Shown here: one piece after another, positions 23,505 to 35,900 of the stretch
Layout: the number at the start of each line of letters is the position of its first letter
How positions within the stretch are numbered: position 1 is the stretch's first letter
Assembly (NCBI RefSeq): GCF_018977255.1
Contig: NW_024704743.1
Location: 24,120,001 to 24,184,000 of the forward strand
Source: Callorhinchus milii
Lineage: Eukaryota
Length of the DNA: 64,000 bases
Direction of reading: 5' to 3'
Position numbers and translations under genes: made by a program
Notes under the pieces: model-generated
Told to the model about the DNA's origin: nothing
The model's database searches: none
Seen by the model: only the letters and a program-made list of their open reading frames with translations

Positions 23505-24975
23505 CAACAACAAGATTACATTTGTATAGCATCTTTCTCGTTGGGAGGACGTCCCAAGGCGCTGGACCGTGTACAGCATTTCAGACCTGAACAGGGGTCA
23601 GGCGGTGAGAAGGGGAGTGGCCGATAGCATGGTTGAAGAGGAGGGTCTTGAGGCGGGATTTGAAGGAGACTAAGGAGGGGACGAGGCGGAGTGATTGGGG
23701 GATGGAATTCCAGAGGTTGGGGGCAGAGTGGCTGAAGGCTCTCCCGCCAATGGTGGGGCGGGTGAGTCGGGGGACGTGGAGCAGGCCAGAGCCGGCTGAG
23801 CAGAGGGATAGGGTGGGCTGATAGGGGGGTAGGAGGTCGCACAGGTAGGGTGGGGCGAGGCCATGAAGAGCTTTGTAGGTGAGGACCAGGATCTTGAACT
23901 GGATCCTCTGAATGATATCGAGCCAATGGAGTTGGGCGAGAATGGGGGAGATGGGATCACGGAGTTTGGTGCAGGAGAGGACACGGGCTGCAGAGTTCTG
24001 GATTATTTGCAGTCTGTGAAGGGAGGAGTTGGGAAGGCGACAAGCAGGGAGTTTGCATAGTCGAGCCTGGAGGTGATGAAGGCACGAACAAGAGTTTCAA
24101 CGGCCTGAGGGGTGAGGTAGTGGCAGAGTCGGGCGATGTTACGGAGGTGAGGGAAGGCAGAGCGGGTCATGGCTTGGATGTGGGGAAGAATAGACAGTTG
24201 AGGGTCGAACAAGACACCCAGGCTCCTGACTGGCGGTGAGTTGTAGTGTGCAACCATGGAAGTTGATGCTAACAGAGCCTGAGGTGCAGAGGCGCCGCCG
24301 CGAGCCAATCAGGAGGGCCTCGGTCTGGTTCACATTCAACTGTAGGATGTTTGCCCTCATCCAGGACTTAATGTCCGACAGACAGTCTGTCAGGACAGCA
24401 GTGGTCCTGGAGTTGAGGGTGGGGGCAGAAAGATAAGAGTTGGGTGTCATCCGCATACAGATGGAAGTTGACCCCATGTCTGCGGATAATAATAATAATC
24501 CTTGCATTTGATACAGCGCTTTTCACGTCGGGAGGACGTCCCAAAGCGCTTCACAGAAGACACTGTAAAGTGAATTGACTGTATATTTGTGGGCGAACGT
24601 CACCAAAGGGGGAGTGTGTAGATGTTAAAGAGGAGAGGGCCCAAGGACAGAGCCCTGGGGGACGCCAGACGTGACAGTGCGGAGGAGAAACCGTTAGAAG
24701 CAACGCGGCGGCGACAGGTGAGAGAGACAGGAATGGATCCAGGCCCGGGCCGGGGCCGCGAAGATTAAGTGAAGAGGAGAGGCGGTGTATGAGGACGGAG
24801 TGGCCGTCAGTGCCGAAGGCGGCAGAGAGGTGGAGGAGGACCGGGGGAGGCGGAGGGAGCCCTGATCACAGAGGGTCAAGCACGTCCCCGGCGACTGTGA
24901 CCGGGGCCGAGTCCGTGCCGCGGGCAGCGCGGAGGCCGGAGAGAGACTGGAGGGGGTTCAAAAGAGGGAAATGGC
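23505..24975 (-). mobile_element. L2 LINE, ~1.35 kb 3' portion with RT motifs, frameshifted
   Basis: SGVPQGSVLGP near 24640-24670, YADD at 24457-24446, RLDYANSLL; (TTG)n tail. Confidence 0.92.
24488..24599 (-). mobile_element. SINE 3' fragment nested in the L2
   Basis: Nearly identical to the tails of the 7776 and 56343 copies; interrupts PFGD|IIRRHG. Confidence 0.9.
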
Positions 24976-25079
24976 GAGAGAGAAAGGAGTAACGTTGCGA
25001 GGACACTCCCTCCCCCGCGCCCAGGAAGCGAGAGAGAGTAACGGCACAGTCACAATTTCCCCGGAGGGGCTCCTCTTAC

Positions 25080-25260
25080 CGTCACTTTGCCTTTGAGGTG
25101 GTGGTGGTGGTGATGGGCGGGTGGTGGTGGTGGTGGTGGTGGCGGGAGGTGGGAGGGATCCTCTGACCACTCCGAGGGGTAGGGCCGCTCTGACCGTTGC
25201 TCTCGCGCTCTCCCGTTTAAATCCCCGGCGCCCCCCTTCGCCTTTATCATTGTCATCGTC
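25080..25260 (-). other. ROPN1L: Putative non-coding first exon of ROPN1L (TSS approximate)
   Basis: Donor ACG|GTAAGA at 25080/25079 inside the island, downstream of the X-boxes; contains (CCA)n tracts at 25097-25142. Confidence 0.55.
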
Positions 25261-25284
25261 ATCCGGCAACGTTGCCCTGGCGAC
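25258..25284. promoter_or_regulatory. RFX X-box pair
   Basis: GTTGCCCTGGCGAC (25271-25284) abutting GTCATCCGGCAAC (25258-25270). Confidence 0.75.
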
Positions 25285-25505
25285 GGCTGCGCGCAGGCGC
25301 TCTCGACCTGCCGGTGCTCGCGGCTCGGCTGCTGCGCGCGGCTGGTGCGGCGGGCGCGCAGGCGCGGGCGGGCGCAGGGCGGGGCCTGATCGCTCGCTCT
25401 CCCCGACGTCTCCACCGCACGATGCAGCGAAACAAAAGCTGTGCCCGCGGTGGTGCTGGGCGACGCGTCACTCAGGGGCGGGGCTCTTCTTTGTTGACCC
25501 ATGTT

Positions 25506-25574
25506 GGGCGGGTTCACGCCCAATGGGGCGGGTTCACGCCCAATGGGGCGGGTTCACGCCCAATGGGGCGGGTT
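25506..25574. repeat. 20-bp tandem repeat x3.45 containing GC box, CACGCCC and CCAAT
   Basis: Perfect copies of GGGCGGGTTCACGCCCAATG. Confidence 0.95.
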
Positions 25575-26039
25575 TTTCTGGTGCTGCAATTGCCTTGGGA
25601 CGTGTGCATTAGTTTTTACATCTTTAATTTAAACTTGCAAAACCTGTTCTCCGCGCCCCCACCCCTTTGAGTCGGATGACTCCGCGGGACACCGCTGAAG
25701 GAGGAAGCATAGATTGGGCACCGATTCCTCACTGGGATTCGGGACGGGGCAGAGGGATTCCCTCCCACTCGGCTCCTGTTAAACCTGCAAGCCCAAGCCC
25801 TCACGGATAGGGCGGCCCTTGGTTGGACAAGCCGTGGGAAAGCTCGCCAGCCAGCGCTCTCGAAGACAAGCGACGTGGTTTCACGTCTCCGCCCAGCTCC
25901 TTGACCTGTGGCTCCGGCTCCAGTTTCATCGCCTCTCAATTGCCTTCCTCACCAGTCTCCCAAGTCCCACTATCTACAAAATCCAATTAACTCAAAAACT
26001 CTGAAAGTAATATATATATATATACACACACACTCACCC

Positions 26040-26295
26040 GCACTAAATTCTGTATCCCCATCACACCTATCTTTGTCATATGCCATTGACTCCCTATCAC
26101 AGAACGGATCGACTTCAAGATCCTCGCACTTGTATGCAATTCCCTTTATGCCCAGACACCTCCCTACCTCTCTGTCCGGCTTACTCCTCCACTCCCCTAC
26201 CAGCCATCTCTGCTCGGCTGGCTCCGTTCTCCTGCTTCTCCCTTGTCCCCTTCGCTCCACCACTGGCGCCGTTCTTTCAGCCGCTTGGCCCTGAA
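26040..26295 (+). mobile_element. L2 fragment
   Basis: gatcgacttcaagatcctcgcacttg...tctgctcggctggctcc. Confidence 0.75.
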
Positions 26296-27269
26296 ACTTG
26301 AGTTTGAAGGCTGAAGCCTGAACTATCGGTCCTCTCTCCAACCGCCCAAAAATGAAGCATGAACTTATGTCTATAAGTTTTTTTGTTCAGGGTTGGAATT
26401 CCAGAGTTCAGCGTGTGCTAAATGTGATGCCTGAAAGGTAAATCCAACATTGTCCAGCGCTTTCGTCTGTACAGAAAATCTCCAAATGTAACCCTGCAAA
26501 AATAACTAAAACTTATATTTATAGCACCCTTCACCTAAGAGTTTGGCAATACAAGATCCATCTGAAATGAATGTTACGTAGATAAACCCAACCCATCTGT
26601 GCCAGTAACAATAAGATAATTATGACATTAGTTTGAATTTGAGTGAATATGATTGAGGAAACAAGTCAGGATAACTAGGAGAAAACCTCCAAGTTTCTTC
26701 AAATTAACAGGTGGGCTGGGCTGTCCCTTATATCCACCTGTGCAAACGGGATCTCAATTAATGACTATATTTTAAAAAATGCAGCTGTCTGATTAAAGCA
26801 GAAGTACACATTAACAATTTCAATAATTATCGCCAGTCAGAAATCGAAGCATTCATGGCAGAATAAACTGGCTGTTTTGCACTCAGATCCACCAGTGGCG
26901 ATTACTAATACTGTCATATAGGATACTTTTTACTGGGTCAATTTGACTTTGACCAATTAAAATCTATTGGTTCTTTTCATACTGCATTGTGTTTTCTTGC
27001 TGTAGGACCATAGACCAATAATATCACCAGGTTAAATCTCTGATCTGTTAGCCAACAACCTCATAGTTTCTGTTTGAAGAATGGAAAAATCAGATTTTTG
27101 ATATTATCTTGCTGAAAGTGTATACCCTGAGAGGTTTGGACTCTGATGTGATGGTCTCCTCCCCTTCTGTTTAAACCGGGTTCTTCAGAAAAGATGGGTG
27201 CAAATTGAAAATTTTGTTAATGGTAAAATATCCTATATTTTGCAGCAAGACAAAATGGAGAGCGAACAA

Positions 27270-29815
27270 AACATCTACACCATAAGGTCATCCATTGTAT
27301 TCAATGTCTTTGACACTATCCTAAATGTCACCTTTGTAAATACAAAATAGAAATGTTTCCAGAATATTTTTAATATTTGTATTAAATGTTAAAATAAAAA
27401 GTACATTTTGTTCATTTAAAGCTGACTTGTCAGTACTCTCCAGCACAAATCTCCTTTTTTGTTCACTAATGTTGCGCTTCATTTTTCTGTTCCAGAAGAA
27501 AAAAAAATTCAAACTTTACTTACATCTAACATGTTCACATTGCATATATATGCTTATTGGATAGAATGCAAAGTTATAAGGCTAAAATTCCTCCTGAATT
27601 CAATTCATTTATTTCTTTAACACCTCCCCCAAACCAACCACAAGGAAAGAGGCCATAATATGATTTGCACCGACACCAACTAACAATGACAAACAGCAAA
27701 TTGCCCCATGACCGATAGGGTGAGAGCAATTTTGTGTAAGTAGTAAAAGGGTGAAATACCTCTATTGGAAGAGCACGCTTACCACCTTGATACAACTTCA
27801 AAAGATGGCTTGTTGCTAAATTACATAGTTAGCGTTGGTATTGGGTCATTGCAAACACACAAAAAAAGTTAATAATGACTACATCTGTCAATAAATGTCA
27901 GACAGGTGTTCCAGGAGTCAGAATACAACATGGGATTTCCAAAAAGGAAATCCAAAATAAAGTAACAATCTTGTTTGATATTTACATGCATGTTTCCCAT
28001 AGAGAACAAATTGTGCCACTCAGCCATTTAGTTAAGGTCCACTTAACTCCTTAATGATGATTCAGTCTTTGAGAGAAAAGGAAGCCCTTCTCAAACATTG
28101 TAATGCAGATGCATCAAATGATGTACATGACAGTGTTTGCAATGGTGATTTTGCAAGTGGGACAGGAGAGGGAGATATTCTCCAATTTACATATACTGCG
28201 AAGATCTACTATCTGGTTCAGTTTTCTAAGTTCAATTTGGATGATGAAGTGCATTTGAAACCAACTTTTGATTCAAATTCTAGGTCTCGGTGTGGCAAGA
28301 ATACTTAAATGATTGCTTATTGCAGAAATTCTGTATTATAGCTCCGAAAAGACAAATGCAAATAGTAAATTTGATATTTCCTTACAAGTAATCTTACTAC
28401 ACCTTTTGATGTGGTAATTCATCCTTTCACTACCATCTGCAGTAAAGCGTGTAGAACAAATACAGATTTGCATGGATTCGTCACTTCTGAAATTCTTTTA
28501 TAAATATATATTGTATAAAAATCAAGACAAAGAGGGGAGTGGTCAGATTCTGGAAAATTCTGTTTAAGCAACTGTTCACATTAAGTCAACAGTACCCATT
28601 TCTTCATCTACATTTGTTATACATCACTGTTTAAAAATTTAAAACATTCCCATTAATGCAAATAACAGTATTATCAATACACTAAGTCAGGTGCTGACTG
28701 TAAAACATTACAGCTTTTAAATTGTATGGATTTGGCTTTGTAATGTAAAGCATGCCACTGCCCCATTAATAAGGGTAGCATCACAAATGCTCAGCATTTT
28801 TCTCTTCAGAAAATAAATTTGCTGAACATTACACAAAAATCAATTCACAGTTCTGGGAATATACAGAGAATAGAAGGGCAATTCTACAAATAAAATCTCC
28901 ACCCACCCTTGTCCCCCAGAAACAAGATTTCTTCCAATTATCCAAGAAAAGATTTCTTCCAATTATCCAAGGTAGGCAGCAGAAAAGCTTAGGCACTTCA
29001 AAAATGTCCGAGCTATGCAGCCTAAATCCAACCTCGATGGTGCCATTCACTTTGTTGAAGAAATAGCAAATCAAATTAGTACAAAAGACTGCAAAAATGA
29101 GATAGATCTACATTATGTCCAGGGGAGATAATAGTGAAAAGTATTGTTGCAGGAGGTCGTGGATTAGTCTGCAATTAGACATCTGCCGAAACCAAAGTAT
29201 ATATGTGAGTGATGTTGGTGTTAGGCTAAAACAATGCTCTATATGGCATTTAATATTTTGCTCTAAAGTAGACTTTAGAACTGTCTTACCAAAACATTAG
29301 ATTTTGGGCATGAACAACAATTGAAATTAAGTGTTTTGTGAATCCTAACCATTTGCAACCTTTGTTTTCTGTTTTTGCTTTGCCCTGCTTTGTAAAGTTT
29401 ACTTGAATTCCAGGGTATTAAAGTACCAACCATTGTGAACATCTGTAAAAATGAGTTCATGAAGTCATCACAAACTTACCCTTGCTATATGGTCTCTGTA
29501 CCACTCTCACTTGCAAAATGTAGGACAACAGTCCAAATAAAGTGATGACTACATTTAATAAATTAATATACATATTTTAAGATTTACAATGCACATTCAT
29601 TTATCTTTTTTAAGGGGTTCAGAATGTTCATTCTATTTACAGATATACAGTTTTCAGACAGCAATGGGACAGTAATTAAGGTGAGAAAACTGAACTTTTT
29701 TGTCTGCTTGACATGAGCAAAGATGCAAACAAGGGAGCAGGGAGACGAGGGGGGGGGAGGGGAGAAAGAGATAGATCAAAGGAGGAGCACATAAGGGATA
29801 GGTAGGCCAGAACCA
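27270..29815 (-). other. MARCHF6: Probable MARCHF6 3' UTR (~2.5 kb)
   Basis: U-rich on the minus strand and free of recognisable repeats; candidate variant poly(A) signal AATACA at 27301-27296 followed by a GU-rich tract; end approximate. Confidence 0.55.
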
Positions 29816-29903
29816 CTACTCCTCAAAGGAAGGTGGTGCAGTCGTCTTGGATTGTTTAGCAGCCTTTCGTTCGTAGTTAACTAGACGCTGGCCAACAAGA
29901 TAC
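29816..29903 (-). CDS. MARCHF6: MARCHF6 exon 26, coding part
   Basis: [28 protein letters not shown] then TAG at 29818-29816. Confidence 0.96.
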
Positions 29904-32900
29904 CTACATTCACAAGAGAAAGAAGTTAAAAATTGTAACATTTTTCAATTCATATAGCATTTTTACTATAATTGAAGTTAGTCAAGAAATATTTGTGAGG
30001 ATTATACTCAGAAGTACAAGGGATTTTGAAAGGTAAATAGGGAGAAACTATCTGCACCGTTTATGGAGTCGGAATCTACAGGATTAAGGCCATAAAAATA
30101 GGGAGAGGCTAAGCAAATTTATTTTTACAGTTTTAGGGTGGATTGCTATCAAGCTGTTGCATTACTTTGGCCAGTCCCAAAGTAAAAAAAAATATTAAAG
30201 TAAATGCTGTAATCCAACTCTACTCATTCAATCCACGAAAAAATTTGAAATAATTTCATTATCTGTTTTACACAATAATTTTTTCCAAATAGTAAAATAC
30301 AATACAAATTACATTTGCCTAGAGCAGAAAGTCCAAAGGCTCGGCTGCCAATGGTGGAGCGGTCTGGGTGGGGAACGTGGAGCAGGCCAGAACCTGTTGA
30401 GTGGCAGGGCGGACAGGTTGATACTTACTTGTCATTTTTAATGTGTTCATAGAGGCGCTTGAATTGGCGGATTTGGAAGGAAAGGACTCCCATCAATATC
30501 ACCACCATTAAAAGGAAAGGATAAATCCGACGCTGGACTAGGTTCTGCATCTCAGTAGTTACTGCTACACAACAAAGGAAAATAAAAGTGGAATTCAAAA
30601 CACATACTGAATTTATTGAACAAGTAAAATAAACATTCAGTGAATAAGATGAATAAGCCACATTTCTGAAAACTGTCCGTTCAGGGGATTTAATCGGAGA
30701 ATAAATGCTGTAAAATCAGATTGATACAAAGTGGAGTCCTATAGCTTAGTGGCTAGAGCACTCGCCTCTCAAGTAAGAGGACTTGGGTTTGATTCCCAGT
30801 CAGGGTGAAACGTTGGGCAAGCTTTGCTTACTCCACACGCCTCTATTTACCTAGCAGGAAGTAGGAACCCGGTTGTTAAGTCAATTGGCAGATCACTTTT
30901 CCAGGGGTAATAATCCCTTCAAAAAAAAATAATGTGATCACTCAAACCACAATAGTTTGTGGTACACTGCTGTGCGCAATTGGCTGCCGCATTTTTCCCA
31001 CAAAATATACAGTCAATTCACTTACAGTATATTCTGTGAATTGCTTTGCGACGTCTCGAAGACGTGATAAGGCTGCTTCTTCTTATTATTAAAGTAGACA
31101 ATTCCAAAGGGTTGCCCTAACCTCATTATGTTAAATATTGTATGGTTCCAAATTTATCTTGAGCTGTTGAGCCAACATGACTATTATTTTACCTAATTTA
31201 CTGGTATGCGACTACATTAAATTAGTCTGCTAATTGCATAAACACTTGATTGATTGAATAAATAGAACCAAATCCTACTCTCACTTATAACAACAAATTA
31301 CATTTGTGTGGCGCTTTTTACATCAGGAGGATGTCCCATGGCGCTGGATAGTCAAGGATGTACCAGAGCTGGGGGTTGAGATCATGAGGCATGGAGGGCA
31401 GGGAGGGTGACCAAAAATGAGGTCGAAGAGGAAGATCTTGAGACGGGCTTTGAAGGAAGCAAGAGAGCGGGCAGGCGAAGGGTCTGGGGTTGGAGTTCCA
31501 AGGGGTGGGGGCAGAAAGGCTGCAGGCCCGACCGCCGATGGTGCTGCTGATGGGCAAGCCGAGTGACGTGAAGCAGGCCGGAGCCTGCTGAGCAGAATGG
31601 GTTTAGCAAGTCACAGAGGAGCAAGGCCGTGGAGGGCTTTGAAGGCGACAATGAGGATTTTGAATTCGATCCTCAAGGGGATGGGAGCCAGTGGTGCTGG
31701 GTGAGAATGGGGGTGATAGGTTCAAGGAGCGTGGTGAGGGAGAGGACACGAGCTGCAGAGTTCTAAACAATCTGCAGCTTGTGGAAAGAAGGGTTTCTTT
31801 CTGTGGAAAGTCTGGCAAACAGGGAGATAGCGTAATCGAGCCCGAGTGTGTGGTTGAGGGTCTCAGCGGCCTGAGGGGAGAGGCAGCGACGGAGCTGGGT
31901 GATGCTGCAGTGGTGGGAGAAGGCAGAACATGTCATGGCATGGATGTGCGGTTTGAACACACTATACATTTTAAATATTCAAACACCAAGTTCAGATGTA
32001 ACCTCTACCAGAAAAGAAATGTTTCATAAAACAATCCTTTCAATGAATAATGCGCTAGAGGCTTGAAATATAAATTGGGATGTTGCAAATCATAAGACAA
32101 ATGTTTTGGTACTTACCCAATAGGGGAACAATGCCTGTAGCTATAACATATGGTAGACAAAGTGATAACAACAACACTGCAATAACTGGTGCTGCCAATT
32201 TGCGAATTATAAAATGCAGATCAATGTTTCGAATGCCATTTGCATAGACCTGAAATGAAAAAAATACTAGTTAGATATTTTGCAGTTAATATAAATGTGA
32301 AAGTTCATAGAAAACCAAGTAGTATGTCAGAAGTTTTGCTATTTAGCTATAATTTGCCACAGTCATCTTGATTGGGAGCATCTTTATGGAAATACATGAC
32401 TGCAGGGTGCAAAATAGAATAGCTGTTTGTAGCTGTAGAGGCAGCCGTTTGCTTCATGCCCATGATTTTCAATTGTGAGAACCTAACCCTATCAGTCGAT
32501 TTCAACATCCTCACACTCGTTTTCAAATCTCTTCATGCACTGGCAGCGCCCTACATCGCCGACCTTAACCCCCAACCAAAAACCTGCTGCCTCTGCTCGA
32601 CTGGCTCCCTCCTTCTGCATGTCCCCAGTACCTTCTGCTCCAACACTGGTGACCATGCTTTCAGCCGCTATGCCATGAGACTCCGGAACACTCATCCTCT
32701 ATCCCTCCTCTTTCCCCCTACTTCCCCATTTTCCGGTCGCACCTGAAGACCTTCCAGTTCGACCGTGCCTACGGTCACCTCCCCCTCCCCCCAGCTCAAT
32801 GCCGTGTTCTGTCATTGTCAAGCACTCTGGGATGCTACCCTGTGTGAGGGGCGTTATATAAATGCAAATTTGTTGTAACAACTTGCATTTAGATAGGATC

Positions 32901-35900
32901 CTTTACACATGGTAGCATCTGAGTGCGGAACAATGGAGTAGTTTGATGGTGAGATGGAGAGAAAGTTAGCTTTAATTAAGTCATCAAGAGAACTATTGGG
33001 AGCAATGCAGAGAGACAAAGACAAAGGAAGAAAACAAACAACTGTATAATGTGTGTGTACATTTCTACAATAATGAATCAGCATACATCTCTAAATCTAG
33101 TGCAGAATCCTACGTTACTTGTCCAAATTACAACTGAGTTACAAAAACAGAACTAAAAAGGCCATTATTATTATTACCTGTTCAATAACTGTTTTCAGCC
33201 ACCACTGAGGTCCCATCAGAGTTATTGCAGCAATAATTTTGGCATGGAGAACACCTAGAGCCCAATCCTGTAATAAAAAAGTTACCACAATCAAAAACGA
33301 AAGGAGGAAGACGTAACTGAACTGTTTTCTTCCCCTACTATGCTTGGGGAAAGTGATTTGGTCGTCAGTTCAGGAATATCTGTGGTATCTTAAAATTGAG
33401 CTAAAGATCTCCATTGTCCATTAGGGGTTTACTTGTATTTTTATATATACAAATGTTGAATATGGGAAATAACCCTGGGTTTGTGAGAAAACAGAAATCA
33501 TTCAATTAACCATTTCTAAACGTTACTATCCTTTCAATTATGTTTAACCTAAGTTGCCTGTACGGTTAAAATATGATCCCACAGGTACTGAACAGCCGGT
33601 GTTGGTGGGGGGGCAGAGGATACAGTTGAGCCCAGTCTTGTCCTGACCGGTCTCCCAATTCCCACCCACCTGGAACAATCAAATGTAAGAAACACCAAAT
33701 TCTCTCTCCAGTGCATTGCAGCCTGTTTCTGTCCATGTAGCAAACAGAATTTACTGAGTGTTACCTAATCCTATATTTCTTCTTTAAACAAGTCATAGGT
33801 TTGCAAGAGAAGCCTTGGATGGCTGTTTATCTACCAGAGTTTCTTCTCCTTTAGAAGTCATTGCTATCATGAAGTAAGTGGCCTAGGTTTAAATTGTCAT
33901 GGCTTTATTTTTGAGAATGCAATTTGAACCTTAGTTCCTAACCAAAGAATGGGTCAATTGAAGAGGCCACTTCTCTCAATTTACACTACAACTAACTCAC
34001 ATGCCCAACTGGGTGCTGTAACAATTTGGGAAGATTGAAATAACTGAACATGCATTTAATGGATTTAAAATAAATATGGAGTGCATGAGCCTAAAGTAAT
34101 ATACTGTAAATACATTAATCTGTGGGCCGTCCTCCTGACTTCAAAGGCACTATACAAATGTAATTTGTTATTGTAAATCACAAGGACTATTTTGACCCAA
34201 CCAGAGTTTTTTTCCAATCTTATGTTTAAAAGTTCTTATGAAGTCTGACAATAAGATCAACCACCATAACTTTGAATTACAGTTCAAAGGTAGTACATTT
34301 TATTTTAGTGCATTTGCATACCTGCCACGGGTAGAAGAGTGGCGTCTGATCCAGAGGAACCCGCAAGGGAGCTACGATAACCAGCTCAAACAAGAGACCT
34401 AAAAGAAGAGGAACCATTCCAGCCAGCAGCAGGGCCACTATCAGTGTTTTCACTATCTACAGAGAAAGCAAAACCATTCATATAAAAACTGCTACCTTCT
34501 GAATTTGGAAAAATATTTTATTGTTCATAAAGTTAAATTTCCAATTCCCATCTATAATACAAAAATGAATAGGAGCTCTAGAACATAATTAAAGGAGCAA
34601 TAGATTTACAAAGCTTTTGGCATTTTCCTTCCAGGGAAACATAATATGATGTAATTTGAATCCAAACACTATTGTATCTGATTTAGAATGTGTAATTCAA
34701 TTACAGATTATTTAAATCTCCATTTCCCTTTACACATAAAGCATTGGGGAGTAAGTTGGTCGAAGATAGGGAATCTCATTGCTGAAATATCAGTGGGTAA
34801 ATGGAAGAAAAGCAACTGACCCTCAATCTATTTCACTGCATGGATCTTCCATATTGTATGCGTTTTTAAAAGGCAGACCGGGGTAACCAAATGTAAGGAT
34901 TATTACTATTATTTAGTTCCAATATTTGTATCCAATTTGTGGTATTTCTCAACGGGATTCCTTATTAAGGAATTATGATGTACATTACTTTCTACGTACC
35001 AAATCCAACCTGACATTTCAAAACAGATGAATTTGGATACTGCAACAGACTTCATTCTTTCAATAAAAGATTAACACAAAGCAAGTTTTTATTAAATTAC
35101 TTTTTTAATCCACTAAAAGTCTATATTTTCAACATTCATGGGTTTTTCCTATCTTGATAGTCTTAAGCAGATTTACAGCAGGAGAGATTTTACCCAGTAT
35201 ATGAGGAAATTGCTTTTAAATTATATGGGAATCAAAAAGCATTTCAGCCTGTACTCTCTTATTGGTCAACTCCTCATCCCTTTCCTGTACATTGAGATAT
35301 TAACTCACTGTCTGATCGAATTTTTCATAGGTACCTTTGCTTATAAAGAATTAGGAATTAACCCTTTTGCAGCATGCCATTTGTCACCTGAATGTTTAAC
35401 TGAGACATTTACAAAACATATTCTGAGCAGCTGTAAGGACTTACCATAAGGGACCATTCCTTCAGTTTCAGAAAAATAACATCTCGTCCCTGTGGCATCC
35501 ATGCTGCCATTACTGTAATTGCTCGAATAGACAACCAGCATATATACAGTCCGCAGGCAGCTGTGTATAGTTCATGAATTTTGGCACTCCCGGTCCAAAA
35601 TGACATAAGCCAACGACCTGCTGAAACTGAATAAAAAACAAAAATGGCACAATTTGGAAGAATACATACAAAAGCCATAATCAACCTGAGGACCAAGGCG
35701 AAAGAGCCACAAGATGGTAATAAACATACCTGGTAATGTGAGGCAGATGAGGCTTGCAATCAATAATGTCACACACATGAAGATTACCAAGAGAAGGATC
35801 TATATGAAAGAAATGTAATGATTGGAATTAAACTCAACTGCAAGCACTTGCTAATTTGTTAAATCAAAGAATATTGTCACATTTAATTAACTGGATTTAC

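Larger units (their letters stand above)
24650..25900. promoter_or_regulatory. ROPN1L: CpG island, probable ROPN1L promoter
   Basis: Only strongly GC/CpG-rich block in the window; GC boxes, CCAAT boxes and X-boxes; lies ~3 kb upstream of the ROPN1L ATG exon, which begins with a splice acceptor. Confidence 0.85.

Noticed and set aside
23505..24975. L2 and CR1 ORFs as active reverse transcriptases
   Set aside because: All are 5'-truncated, frameshifted or interrupted
25506..25574. CRISPR-like appearance of the repeated 20-mer
   Set aside because: No spacers and eukaryotic context; simple tandem repeat
25050..25939. Overlapping 100-160 aa ORFs in the CpG island
   Set aside because: Expected from GC-rich sequence lacking stops; low complexity, no recognisable domain
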